From positions 1,494,561-1,558,560 of the forward strand of contig NC_068992.1 of NCBI RefSeq assembly GCF_001194135.2: a stretch of 64,000 nucleotides of DNA, given 5' to 3'. This DNA is from Octopus bimaculoides (Eukaryota). The notes below the pieces were generated by a model. The model saw only the letters and a list, made by a program, of their open reading frames with translations, made no database searches and was not told the origin of the DNA. This document shows, piece by piece, positions 25,148 to 38,260 of this stretch. The translations under genes were made by a program, and so were the position numbers. Positions within the stretch are counted from its first letter, which is position 1. Each line of letters begins with the position of its first letter.

Positions 25148-25193
<46 letters not shown>

Positions 25194-25339
25194 CATATAC
25201 ATAATGTATGCATGTATATATGTATGTATATAGGTATTTGTGGTGTGAATCTAGTTGTATTATCATGTGAATTACCAACTTGAAATTAAAAATCAATTTG
25301 CTGATAATTCTTCAGAACATTTATCCATATATCTGTTTT

Positions 25340-25425
25340 TATTCTAGGCACAAGCCCCGCAAGTTTTGGGGAAAGGGCCAGTCGATTAGATCGACTCCAC
25401 CACGCAGCTGATACTTAATTTATCT
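25340..25425 (-). mobile_element. SINE family A, 3' fragment
   Basis: Reverse complement GATAAATTAAGTATCAG...GTCGATCTAATCGACTGGCCC..CCCCAAAA..GGGGCTTGTGCCTAGAA matches the 3' half of 33769-33983. Confidence 0.7.
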
Positions 25426-25454
25426 GGTATTAATTTAACCTATTTTAACTGGTA

Positions 25455-25560
25455 GAGCAGGAATGGGTGTGTGGTAAGTAGCTTGCTAACCAACCGCATG
25501 GTTCCAGGTTCAGTCCCACTGCTTGGCACCTTCGGCAGGTGGCTTCTACTATAGCCCCAG
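25455..25560 (+). mobile_element. SINE family B, 5' fragment
   Basis: GTGTGGTAAGTAGCTTGCT.ACCAACC.CATGGTTCCAGGTTCAGTCCCACTGC is near-identical to 47580-47635. Confidence 0.8.
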
Positions 25561-27017
25561 CTGCCTATTTCCTGCAAAATCCATATATACTCTTTTCTTC
25601 TCTAGGCACAAATCCCGTAACAAACCAAATATGTTATATTTCGTTTTATTGATTTATTTCTAAACACATCCATAAAACATTTTATTCACTCAAACTACTT
25701 TCCTTCCTCTCTTAACGTTTATCGTCTACATTAAAGATAGTCAAGTACCTAATCTTTGATCCAGCATTATACTTTATATGAAATGGAGGTAGAATGGTTG
25801 TCCGCAGTTGAACTAAAGGCTCTTGAACCACATTAAAAGACCCTGGAACTAATGTTAGCCGCGGTTATTCAATGCTTTTCCTTGGCTCTCCTGTCACACA
25901 TACATGAAAATATGGATATTTGATTTATCTACTTTATTACACCTGGGCCAAATTGATTAGCTTTCTGAAAATGCAAAAATAGGTGCGAATGGGTATCTTG
26001 GAGTCTAGACATGTTGGTAAAAATGGATTCCATGTTTGGATTCAGCATATAAACAAAAAAGTAAAAGCGGCCTGACAACAAAACCCTTGTTGAATTGCGC
26101 TCTTGGGGAACATCTAACCGGTACAAATAGCATCAGTGTTCAAATCCATTTGTCGTAACATATTTTTCAGCGCTAATAAGAATAACTTTTACATTGGTTA
26201 TCAATACTCTTGAACCATTGGAGTATTCTGGAAATATAAACAAAAATATATTTGCAGGAAACGCACTTCATTTCTAATGACGTGCTGCATTGGAGCTACG
26301 AAGCTGACCTCCAAGTATTTATATATCTACTAATCGGCTATAGAATACTTTAAAAGTGTTTCATATCAATTAGAATTCATGTAAATAAGTTACAAATGAA
26401 TTCGTAATTCCACAAAGTTTAGAGGTTACGAATCTTTTCTTAGCTAGAACTAAAAATATTTTATCTGTCGCTGGTGTGTTTCCAATATTTTCTGGTTGAT
26501 TCGACGTTTATGGAGGATGCGGTTTGTTTGAAGTATGAATATTGAATTCACGTTTGAGATAAATGTCACCATCATTTTCAATGAACATTTTCTTCAATGA
26601 TTTAAAATAATCAGTTTTTTTAAGAAGGTTGATAAATGTAGCTTTAATGTTGAAGAAAATATCGTACATCCAGTCTCTGATTTCTCACATCTTATTTGCC
26701 AATACTTTCATCAAGTGTGTATATGTGTAGATATATTTCTATGAGTACGTCTTGATCTATATTTATATATATTTGCGTGGGTATATGCTTATGTACGTGT
26801 GTGTTTGTGTACCTATACCTATATGTTCGTATATTTGTATATATACATGTATGTATGTATGCATGCATGCATGTATGTATGTATATATGTATGTATGTAT
26901 GTATGTATGTGTGTGCGTGTGTGCGTGTGTATAAATGTATATCTTTTATGCCGGTTACTGTAGCGATGTATTAAATATTTATAAATTCCATCCTGATATT
27001 ATTGTTATTGTTAGTGA

Positions 27018-27090
<73 letters not shown>

Positions 27091-27106
27091 GTAGTAGTAG
27101 TAGTAT
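27018..27106. repeat. (TTA)n(GTA)n microsatellite
   Basis: Directly visible. Confidence 0.95.
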
Positions 27107-27109
27107 TTT

Positions 27110-27400
27110 AACATGGTTTGCTTCTCAGCCACACGATTCTGTGCTCACAGTTCTATTATTGCCTCGGGCCAACCAAAGCATTTTGAATGGATGTAATACA
27201 CAGTAATCAAAGGAAGGTCGATGTTTATGTGCGTTTGCGAGCATGCGCCGTACGGTTTTGTATGTGTTCGTTCCACACCACAGATTCATCAGCGCTGTGG
27301 GATTGTTTATGCCCCCGAAACTTAGAGACATAAGAGACCAATAGGACTAGTACCAGGTTGAAATAATAGATAATAATGTCGATTTTATCGACTTGCATCT
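27110..27400 (+). mobile_element. SINE family B, old decayed copy
   Basis: GCCTCGGGCCAACCAAAGC, GTTTATGCCCCCGAAACTTAG and AGAGACCAATAGGACTAGTACCAGG follow the order seen in 47567-47935. Confidence 0.5.
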
Positions 27401-29415
27401 TTCTGGAGAAATATTGTGGACAACAATGATACAACCTAATATAACAATGTTTTAGTTTGGCAGATTCTTTAATTAATCGCCATGTTTAAAATTAAAACAA
27501 ACATTATCTCGCAGGCTGTCCGGCTATGAACCTATTTTGAACAAGTTTGTCTTGCTTACCACGATTCCAAAAGTGTAAAATGTATTCCATGGGTAATCAA
27601 AACCTGTTTGAGACGTTCATTTCAAAGAATAACCATCGGAGGGGTGCTGGATTTCTCTGGATATTTTCATTTTTCGCCATTATAGTCAGACTTAATATAG
27701 GATTATCTACGACAGACTACAATAAAATCATAACTCACGTCTCTTATATCACTCTAGAAATGGGCTCCAATTAGGACTGTAAACAATACCATAAAATTCA
27801 ACATGCACATGTAGAATACGTAGTATGCATAGGCTTGCAATAATCGGTTGAACGCTGGCTTCAGTATGAAGTATAATTTCAAAGCCGTTGGAACATCGAA
27901 GGAATTGAACCCCAGCATTGAAATTAGTCATATATTAACGTGAGGGGTATATTTCTTCTGTAATCATTAAGTGCATAAAGTGGTTAAATATTCTTATTAC
28001 TCAGGATGGCGCGTTAACAGGCCTTAAAAATTATATAATGCCGCATCTTTAGTACGCTTTCCAACTGCTACATAATAAAGTATTGCATGAACTTGTGTCT
28101 CTGCTACATCATAATGTAGACCCGCTGAAATGTTATAACATGTAGAAATGACGCTCAAATACTCCCGTCATTTGAGTAAACCGTTTATCTGCACATATTT
28201 TTTACATGCAAAGAAGTATGTTATGTAAATATGCAACTTTTATTTCTTCTTACTGGCATAACAGATATTATAGCATTGGCATGATATGAGGAACAAGTTT
28301 AAATCCATATTATGTGTAAAGTAAAACCGCTTCTTCCATGATTTGAAACGGTCTATTAACCTCAAGGCGCCAGGAGGTTATTCATGAATGTTTTTTCTTT
28401 AGCCTAGAGAAAAATAGGAAAAATAGTCAATATCTATAAAGAGGACGAAATGGAATTTGTGATTTGGAATATTTTTAAATGTGATGATGTATGTTTTCTT
28501 TTTTCTTTTTTCTATTTAAGCATAAGCAAAGTTTAAAGAAAACTCCGTCACACACTGGACACCCTGGCGGCATATTCCCTTTTGTATTGTATATTACAAA
28601 ATATCCTATTACATTGATTTAATAGAGCTTTCTATAAATTAAACCGATGAATCAAGGAGCTAATTTTCTATTTCCAACACTTGTGCAGTTTGCATGTAGA
28701 AGCAAAATATTGTTTAGAGTAATATGTTATTTTAGAAGTCGGTGGACATGATGTTCACCCCAGAGTTCATTCTCTACGACAGGGATCATTATAAAGTTGT
28801 CTTAGTTTTGTGTAGTGTGAGTAGAACAACTCAGACTGGAAAATGGAGCATATTCTAAATATTCTGTACGAAAATGTTTAAAACTTTCATTTTGTTTCCT
28901 ACTAGTAATGCTTGCTAACATAAAGCCGAAGAAAAATGTAGTCCATATTATGAAAAATGGGTTGCTATTCCTGCTGTTGCTTACCTAGAAGTCAACCTTG
29001 CCTAGAAGACCGTAAACTTTTGATCTTTAACATCAAAGATCATTGAAGTATGTCTCATATCTTAATAAAATATTGCTTCTGACGGAAAGGAAATTCGATG
29101 TATCAAGCAGGACGAACCAACTTATAATGTCTTATGGAGATTTGAAGGAAATATGAACTGATTACCTTCTGTGCAGAAAGAGCAAACTTAGGTCTATAAT
29201 AATGTTAGAAAAGTGAGGAAGCAAAGTTGGGAACCTTCAGTTTCCTTTCAGAGTGTGGCAATTAAAACAGATGTGGCTAAAGAAGTATTTGTTTTTTGCT
29301 GTTATTGATCACACATACACACACAGAGAAATACACTCACACATACGCGCGCATACACACACACACACACATATATGCGTGTGTTTTGTTGCAAACACAA
29401 TCATAGTTAATTGAA

Positions 29416-29635
29416 AAAAAGGCGGACAGCTGGCAGAATCGGTAACACGCTGGACGCAATGATTAGCAGTATTTCGCGCGTCGCTACTCTCTGTGTTCAA
29501 ATTCCGCCGAGGTCGACTTTGCATTTTATACTTTCGGAATTGATAAATTACGTACCGGATACGTACTGGAGTTCGAGTAATCGATTGACCCTGTCGCCCA
29601 AAATTCCAGGCCTTGCGCCTATAGTGGAAAGGATT
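29416..29635 (+). mobile_element. SINE family A, full length with 13-bp TSD
   Basis: Head GGCGGACAGCTGGCAGAATCGG and B-box-like GTTCAAATTCC. Flanks ATAGTTAATTGAA (29403-29415) and ATAGTTGATTGAA (29636-29648). Confidence 0.88.
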
Positions 29636-30079
29636 ATAGTTGATTGAATCACCTGGAATAGTTTACAGATACTTATTTTATGGAGGCCACAACAATGAAA
29701 TCCTAATTACTAAATGAGTAAACTTCTCCGGAACTTGGTTCAGAGGCTAAAGTGACATAAGTATTTATTATAATTTTTTTCTCTCCTAGATGAGTATCAT
29801 TGCTTTCCCTCCACATCTTTCGGATAGTATTTAAATAATGAAAGGCCAGCATAATTGAAGTAAATCGATATTGTAAGTCCCATATCACATGTCTACCGGG
29901 TTTAAAATGTTAAATATATGCCGCTTTATTATCGTCATTTACTAACATTAACTAACAATTTAATCTCTTGAAAGTAATAAATATGCGATATTTCATGAAA
30001 GTAGAATAATAAATTAAATCTTTCACTGCCCCGACTTAGCTGTGCTGATCGCTACATGATGAAAGACGCTTAATTCAAT

Positions 30080-30114
30080 TATTTATATACACACACGCAC
30101 ATACACATACGCGT

Positions 30115-30161
<47 letters not shown>

Positions 30162-30330
30162 CGTGTGTGTGTGTGTATGTGTGTTTGTGTGTGTGTGTGT
30201 TTGCATATTTATATAGAGACAGACAGAGAATGTGTGTAAATGTCTTAGCTTCAGAGCAGTTGCGTATGCGTGTGCGTGGGTACATTTGTGTGCGTGCGCG
30301 TGTGTGTACGTGTGTGTGGTGTATGTGTGC
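30080..30330. repeat. (CA)/(TA)n/(TG)n compound microsatellite
   Basis: Directly visible. Confidence 0.9.
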
Positions 30331-31322
30331 ACCATTCAGACTTCATTATGAACAGTAAACGGTTGGGTCTAAAATGTTATTGGTGTTCAAAAAAATCCCA
30401 TCGTTGATGCAATTTATAATAAAGTAAAGATTAAACAATTAATTTTTGTTTTCTTTACTCATTTTTTGCTTTTCATTAATTTATGTCCTGTAAATTCAAT
30501 TTGGTTTGTCTAATGGCAAATTTAATTCATTAATGAACAAGGAGAGTGAATTTTTTAAAGCTTTTGTTTAATTTACTTCTTTTCCTACTCAATCATTATT
30601 TTTTTCCTTTTTTTATTTTGTCGAGATACAATTTTTATATAATTATTTTTGTTTATACGAACACTATTATCTGAATTTTAGAATTTGATAAATCAAATGT
30701 TGTCATTGCAGAAGCAGAACAAGATGAATAATTCGACGACGATTATTCGCAGGAGATTTGTGAGCGTTTCATGCGGTATTCAATGAATTGTTTGATCAAA
30801 GGAATTAGAGCTTCTAGTTCTTTTGATTTCTGAGACACTAAGACCCGTGTACACTTCAAGTTCATGAGATTCAAGTAAGCAGTATATTGAGGAATAAAGA
30901 AATATATTTCTAATGCAACAGAAAAAAAAAACAGAGACTAATGAGGATGAAGAAAAGCATTCAGTGATCAACCGTTGCGATTCAATTTCAATTCTAAAGG
31001 CCTTTCAAAGGACTACAGCGTTATTTTAAAGTTTAACAGATAATGAATGGAAGGCAGGGGTTTTAATACTCTCTGCGTGTTTACAAAACCAATTGCAACC
31101 ATTTGTTCAAATTGGATTGGGATTTAGTGCTGTTCATATTGTAAAGAATAAGGGTGTATATAATAGACATGTGTTTGTATATAGACACATACACACAAAC
31201 ACGCACACGTACAAACACACACGTACGCACACAGGTATTCCTACGTAGGTATGTGTCCATGTACACAAATATACATATGGATGTGTGTATGTACGTATAT
31301 AAGCACATGCATGCAAACTCAC

Positions 31323-31370
<48 letters not shown>

Positions 31371-31377
31371 GTGTTTG

Positions 31378-31520
31378 AAGGAGTGACTATATGGTAAGTA
31401 GCTTGATTACCAACCACATGGTTCCGGGTTCAGTCCTACTGCATGGCACCCTGGGCAATTGTTTTCTACTATAGCTTCGGGCCGACAAAAGCCTTGTGAG
31501 TGGATTTGGTAGAACGAAAC
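31378..31520 (+). mobile_element. SINE family B, 5' part running into a 10-N gap
   Basis: GGTAAGTAGCTTGATTACCAACCACATGGTTCCGGGTTCAGTCC...AAAGCCTTGTGAGTGGATTTGGTAGA matches 47567-47710. Confidence 0.85.
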
Positions 31521-33768
31521 NNNNNNNNNNTATTTTTAACTGGATACTAATTTCTTTGGTAGAGATTTCTTTTCTTTTTATAAGCTATTATTCGTTATTG
31601 TATGGAAATCTTTGTATATATTTATGTATTGGACTTAGAATCATTGTTGGTAACAGATTTCTTTGTTTTTGTTTTCTCTTCAGTGTGTTATTGGAAAGTT
31701 AATCTAAACGTGTTTCAAAAGAAGAAAAGCGAAATTAATGTAAATAATAAAAAAGTTTCAATTTCATATCTTTTCATAATTTGTTTGTATTTGGGAATTT
31801 ATTCAGATTAATTTAGTATGATCCATTTAGTATATTCCTGGCTACATCCTTCCTGTGATATGGGAAGCTATCATGTTGTGGTTCATCTAAACTACGAGAG
31901 AAGTTAATATTGGTGATTGCCGTTGCATGTCTATTTAGTTGGGACAACCGGTAAATTCAGAAGCTTTACCCGCACCATAGATGTACCAATTAAGGACGGC
32001 ATCTTTTTCAATAATAAGTTACCAACTAATTATGCAAACAAGACATGATTTAATTGCGTGGTTTATTATGCAGCATCGCAATATGCGTGTATCAGAACAG
32101 ATAATATCTAAAACTAATCACGAATAAAAATGACGTTGAGCAAAATATACGGGCAATATTGTATTGTTTGTTTAAATAAAAATAGACTTTATTCTCGGCG
32201 GATTAAAGAGACAAATGACAGATGACAGAACAGCTGAAGAAACCGTAATGGCATAATTACGGGATTGCTCCTCAGAATTCAATTATATCATTAATAAAAT
32301 AAATTGATAATGTGTTCTCTTTTGTTTTCAATATGAAACATTATCATAGCTTTATGTTACTGGAAAATATACATCAGGATCATATACGTATATATATATG
32401 CATGATAGTAACTATCTGCTTAACGTTCATATACGCAATCTCTACTTATTATTGAATGTAATACTTTAATGAAAGTCATGTTAAGTCACGTGCCTCACTT
32501 ATTCATTGTTATTCGTAACTTAGCGTAATTAGAATCAAGGTAATCCCTGCAAATAATCTCTTGAAGATAATCCCTTGGAAAACGTTCATTACAAAGGGAA
32601 TCAGCCAATTGTATGATGAAAGAGTATAAAGGCATTGTCCTATGCAAAAATAAACAAAATCATAGGATTGTCTATGCGAGTGTCTGTGAGAGTGTGTGAT
32701 TGTGTATGTATATATGCGTGTGTGTGAAGGGAACTGCTGAATATCTTGATAGGTAATTTCCAGAAGCAAATAATGCAGAAAATTCATAGAAATGTGTGTG
32801 CATACATCTATCTAATTATCTGTTTATCTGTCTTTGTCTCTCTGACTATATGCATGCTTGCGAGTGTATATTGCATGTATGCGCGCGCATGCATGTAGTT
32901 ATATATCTTTGATGTGTACTCACAGGAAAACCGAATGAAAGTTTAACTCTAACCAGTTTCCTCTCTGAGCTGCATATTTGAATACTATGAAGGAAGAAGT
33001 CAAACCTACGAACTAAATGCTGTCGTTGAAATAAAGTGAAAACAATAGGAATTAAATAGGTGAGAAATAAATAATAAGGAATAAGAATAAGTTTATAACG
33101 GCATAAAACTTTAAAACATGTATAATTGATAAATCCATGTTCAATAATGTCTATATTAATAATGGAAAACTACGGAACATTGTTAAGTAAGCAACCTCAT
33201 TCGGTGGCGTTTTAAAGAAGTCGAAAAGAACGGTTGGATAACGAAATAAGAATAGAAGGGGACGAGGTTTTTCAACGATATCAGCGATGGTAGTATGGCA
33301 AGGAATGGAATGTCGGGGTAGATATGGTGTTGTTGTTGTTGTTGTTGTTGGTGTTGTTGTTGTTGGTGGTGGTGGTGGTAGTGGCGGTAAAGGTGTTTCC
33401 GATTTATGACATCTGTTCACGTCGCAGATCACGCCACACACATTGTTGAGAAACTCGTTGAATTTGAATTAAGATTCATAAATTCGAAAACTGATCAAAC
33501 ATGCCGCGTCATTAATGACATATTTCTATGCATAATATACAAATAAATTACGGTTATGCATTCCATTCAGAATTCTTGGATGTGCAGATTAGCTGTTTAG
33601 AAACATAAAACACAAATAAAGCGCTTCAAATTCTTACCTTCCTTGATAAAATCAACGAACAACCTTTTTACGACGTTTAGTTAAAAATATTATATATATG
33701 GAGTCATGGTTTTAAAGCGTGAAAATTAGACCAAGTTGGAATTTCTTTGAGTAATATATCCTTCTATA

Positions 33769-33983
33769 AAGGCGGCGAGCGTGCAGAAACGTTAGCACGC
33801 CGGACGAAATGCTTAATGGTATTTCGTCTGTCTTTACGTTCTGAGTTCAAATTACGCCGAGGTCGACTATGCCTTTCATCCTTTAGGGGTCGATAAATTA
33901 AGTACCAGTGGAGTTCTGGAGTCGAGCTAATTGATTGGTCCCCCTCCCCCGAAATTTTGGGCCTTGTGCCTAGAGTAGAAAAG
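33769..33983 (+). mobile_element. SINE family A, full length with 16-bp TSD
   Basis: tRNA-like head with A/B-box-like motifs. Flanks AATATATCCTTCTATA (33753-33768) and AATATATTCTTCTATA (33984-33999). Confidence 0.92.
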
Positions 33984-34083
33984 AATATATTCTTCTATAC
34001 ACAATCATACACACCCGAGTATATATATATAGGTATATATGTCTGTGTGTCTGTGAGTGTGTTCGTGTACGAATGTGTGTGTG

Positions 34084-34124
<41 letters not shown>

Positions 34125-34134
34125 TAATATCTGT

Positions 34135-34290
34135 GCTTGTCCTGCATCAGCGATTGACAAACGGTGCTGGTTTGCTTAACTTCGCATAGCCTAGCATTTG
34201 CATTTCGATATGGCTGAATAAGTACCAGGCATAAAGTCGAGTACTAGGGTCGAATCGTTCGACTACACTCCTCCAGAGTAGGCACTGAAA
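34135..34290 (+). mobile_element. SINE family B, decayed 3' part
   Basis: GATTGACAAACGGTGCTGGT and GAATAAGTACCAGGC resemble 47790-47885. Confidence 0.45.
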
Positions 34291-35454
34291 AAAGTAAAAT
34301 AATAAACGAATAAAAGAATAGAAAAGCGATAATTGTAGGTGTATGTCTACGTGAATGTTTAAGTTTCCTCTCTCTTACAATGTTTCTCTATATATTAAGC
34401 CCATGTCAAATTCACTTGACATGGGCAGTGAAATATTCACTTATTAAACGATTTAATACAATTATCCACATGCGTAGGTCCTTAGCCTTATTTCAGAAGG
34501 ACCCCCCCACACACACACACACTGAAAGATAGATAGATAAATAAATAGACAGACAGATAGCGAGAGAGAGGGGAAGAGAAAGAGATAAAAATCAGTAGAA
34601 ATCGAATGTGAGACGGATACGAGAAAACAGCCGACAGAAAAGGAAATGAGAAGAGTTACAAATTATTCTGTGGACTAAAAGTGAGCTTCATAATTTGAAG
34701 CGATCCATTTATAACAGAAACAGAAAAGTTTAGTTAAAAGAATGTTTCACAATAATCTATCCATTGTCATCTGAAGATTTATTATTATTATATCCCGTCT
34801 TAGACTTTCTACTTTGAACTCTAAAACATTTGACCTTCTCAGAAATTATATAGTTTTATCGATTAAGTCATAGCGACAAATCGAATTCTAAACGTTTAAT
34901 ATCAAACTACGAGCCGTGATATATAGCCTCTCTAACATCTACTTAATATCTCATTTTTTTAAAATACCTTTATCTATGAAACACTTGAATAACGAAGTCA
35001 TTCTTCCTTTATTTCTTTTCGGTTAACTTCACTGCATTCCCTCTCCAACACTCTATTTCNNNNNNNNNNNNNNNNNNNNNNNNNNNNNNNNNNNNNNNNN
35101 NNNNNNNNNNNNNNNNNNNNNNNNNNNNNNNNNNNNNNNNNNNNNNNNNNNNNNNNNNNNNNNNNNNNNNNNNNNNNNNNNNNNNNNNNNNNNNNNNNNN
35201 NNNNNNNNNNNNNNNNNNNNNNNNNNNNNNNNNNNNNNNNNNNNNNNNNNNNNNNNNNNNNNNNNNNNNNNNNNNNNNNNNNNNNNNNNNNNNNNNNNNN
35301 NNNNNNNNNNNNNNNNNNNNNNNNNNNNNNNNNNNGTAGCAACAACCCATAATAGGTGATGATAACGATAAACTAATATGGAATTAACATAAACCTGCGC
35401 ACGCAGAAATACACGTACCAACATATGAAGATGCTGATACATATATATTTGTAA

Positions 35455-35456
<2 letters not shown>

Positions 35457-35538
<82 letters not shown>

Positions 35539-35607
35539 GTCTGTCTGACTGTGTCTATTTATCTAATTATCTATCAAACTATTTATCTAACTATCCTAAC
35601 TATCTAT

Positions 35608-35662
<55 letters not shown>

Positions 35663-35690
35663 AGATAGATAGAGATAGATAGATACATAG
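35457..35690. repeat. (TATC)n, (TA)n and (GATA)n microsatellites
   Basis: Directly visible. Confidence 0.9.
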
Positions 35691-36199
35691 ATATATATCT
35701 GTCTCTCCCTCTAAAATATATATATATACACACACGCACACACGCACGCACACACAGAGATATGTGTGTATTATGTATATGAAAGTATGTTTTATGTAGG
35801 TGGGTAGGTAGATAAGTTAACAGTACATGTGCACGCATGTAGGAAAAGGAAAGTGTACTAAAACCTAAACAAAATGGGATGTGTTATAATAGGACGTGAT
35901 TTATATGACGCCGATGATGTTTATAAGACGGGGGAAGATTCTCATAAATAAGATATAGATGTATTCGTTTTAACCGACATAAACGTACAATTAAGTGAAC
36001 AGGAAGGATTAACGTCTTTATCGGAGACATTTTTAGGTATTCAATGACTGCTATAACTGGGAGATCGTACTTCGTTTCTCTGATATTGTGTTGGAAATCT
36101 GTACTCATATATGCTCAAAATTAAAAGTGACCTTGAGGCTATGATTTTGCTTTGACCAATAATTTTATGTAGCTTATAGATTAAGATCGTCTGAATCTA

Positions 36200-36332
36200 A
36201 ATATTGATTTGAAATTTTGGCAAAAGGCAGCAATTTTGAGGGAGAGGGTAAGTCTATTACAGTCTTTAGCTGGTACTTATTTTATCGAAACTGGAAGCAT
36301 GAAAGGCAAAGTCAACCTCGGTGGAATTTGAA
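36200..36332 (-). mobile_element. SINE family A, 3' two-thirds
   Basis: Reverse complement TTCAAATTCCACCGAGGTTGACTTTGCCTTTCATGC...TCGATAAAATAAGTACCAG aligns with 33845-33910. Confidence 0.8.
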
Positions 36333-37014
36333 TATACCTTTATACGAAAATCTTTCTTGACGTAGGGATCGCAGTTTTGTGGCTTTCTGCAGTATATCCA
36401 CGTTAAGTAAGATATAAAAATTGCTATCTTGAACTTATAATCTTCCGTCACAACTAACGAATTGTCCCATTATGTTCTGTTGCATTAAAAAACATCTGAA
36501 CCAGAACAAAACTAGAAATCTCGGAGATGCTTAGTAAATCATATTATTCTGCTAGGTCAATCGGAACTAATCTGCTAACCCTATGGAAGTAAATTTCGTC
36601 GGGCTGGATATTGCTTCAAATACTTGCGAGACACAGAAAGTGTTCCAAGAACTAACATCAAGTTGTTATATACTGTTGTATATATTGTTAACATATGCTT
36701 TCACTTTCATCATATCGTAATGAGATTCAGCAGATACTCTGAACGAATCTATTGTTTTGCAATTTAGGCGTAATACCTGCTTTTCTAATTGAGTAGAGAT
36801 TTTTCTAAATGTAAACAAATTTAATCAATCCCGACTAACATAGTTTCTCTCACAAAACACTTCTGTCAAATACCTTCTATTATTAAAACTTTTACAACAA
36901 AAATAAATGCATTGTGTTGACGTGTAGGATGAATATTCAATAAAGCATAAAATAACGTTTACCGACGTAAGCATTTCCCTGATCCACGTGACAGAAATCA
37001 TGCAAGTATTAACA

Positions 37015-37125
37015 TTATCTATCTATCTGTCTATCTATCTATCTATCTATCTATCTAGCTATCTATCTATCTATCTATCTATCTATCTGTCTGACTGTCT
37101 GTCTCTTTGTCTATCTATCTATTTA
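37015..37125. repeat. (TATC)n/(TGTC) microsatellite
   Basis: Directly visible. Confidence 0.9.
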
Positions 37126-37999
37126 TATACGTACACATAAATACATACATATTTGCGAGAGTGTGTGTGTGTGTGTATGTGTGTGTATAAATCAATACAA
37201 TATACGAGGAGAAATGTTTAATCTTTTTTTTGCGCACGTTCAACAATATATTGAATTAAAACTTTACTAAAATTTGATATCAGCGAGTAATTTACTAAAC
37301 TGCTCCATATTTTTTCAAAATGAATAGTGTATTCATTGAACAAATTTTGCAGGAGCGTTCATACATAAGACAAAACTAGCGCGTGCGTGCACACACACAC
37401 ACACACACACACACTCAACTACATGCATACACACACACACTCTCAAATACATGCACATACATTTGTTATGTATCCATATTTCAATTGAATATGCATCATT
37501 TTCCGACTTAAGAATGTGTTCATGTGCTTCTTAGCACGAGAAAATATATTTTAAGGATTTAAGTTAATTAACTATCTTTGAATAACGAATTGTTTTCACA
37601 TGTCATCTAGTGGGTATAGAATTGCGAGCAGGTTTTCGGGCAGTGTTCTGGAAGAACTCGCTCACTTATCTTATCTGAAATCACCTTTGTCTTGCAAAAT
37701 CAGCTTCAATATTTCTAAATTTACGAAACCCCGGTGTTCAGTGCCAATATGAATATATTTAGCACTTGTTTTACAGAATATCAGCAGTTACACTTCGGAA
37801 TGCTCGGTCATGGGTTTTGCTTAAGTAAACACACTCTTTGCATCAATGTTATTATATACAACTTGTTTCAAATCTGAACGTCAGCTACAATTACTGTTTG
37901 TCACAATGACAATGATGAATAGCACTATGAAAACAAACTCCCTGTCTAATATCACACATAACATTGTCTTCAACTGTTATTTCGTATTTGCTTACCCCT

Positions 38000-38260
38000 T
38001 GAATGTGCCAAAATTATCTGATATTTCATTCAAACTTTGCTTCCGTTACATTTATACGAACGCCACAGAATCCCCCTCAGCACATGATTATGATGCTTCC
38101 CCACTACTCCTACTGAAGATAAGAGATGCATGTTTTGTCAGCCACTAAGGGACAACTATGAAACGTCGTAGGTGAAGCACCTGACGAGTAAATCTGTGGT
38201 TTTGTGCAGAATATTTGCTATGACGATATTTCCGCTTCAGCAACTCTGTGATGAATCTGT
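38000..38260 (-). mobile_element. Unclassified dispersed repeat, family E
   Basis: Reverse complement AGCAAATATTCTGC.CAAAACCACAGATTT...GTCCCTTAGTGGCTGAC...GCATCTC...AGTAGTGGGGAAGCATCATA aligns with 50295-50430. Confidence 0.75.

Noticed and set aside
30712-30759. 48-nt exon-like segment (KQNKMNNSTTIIRRRF)
   Set aside because: Plausible splice sites but only 16 codons and no recognisable product.
33151-33441. 96-aa minus ORF with a Pro/Thr run
   Set aside because: Its core is a (CAA)/(CAC) microsatellite; the remainder is unrecognised and lacks good splice sites.
38160-38190. GAAACGUC...CUGACGAG in type II hammerhead order
   Set aside because: Stems I and II pair for only 2-3 bp, and the homologous family E copy at about 50330 lacks the motif.
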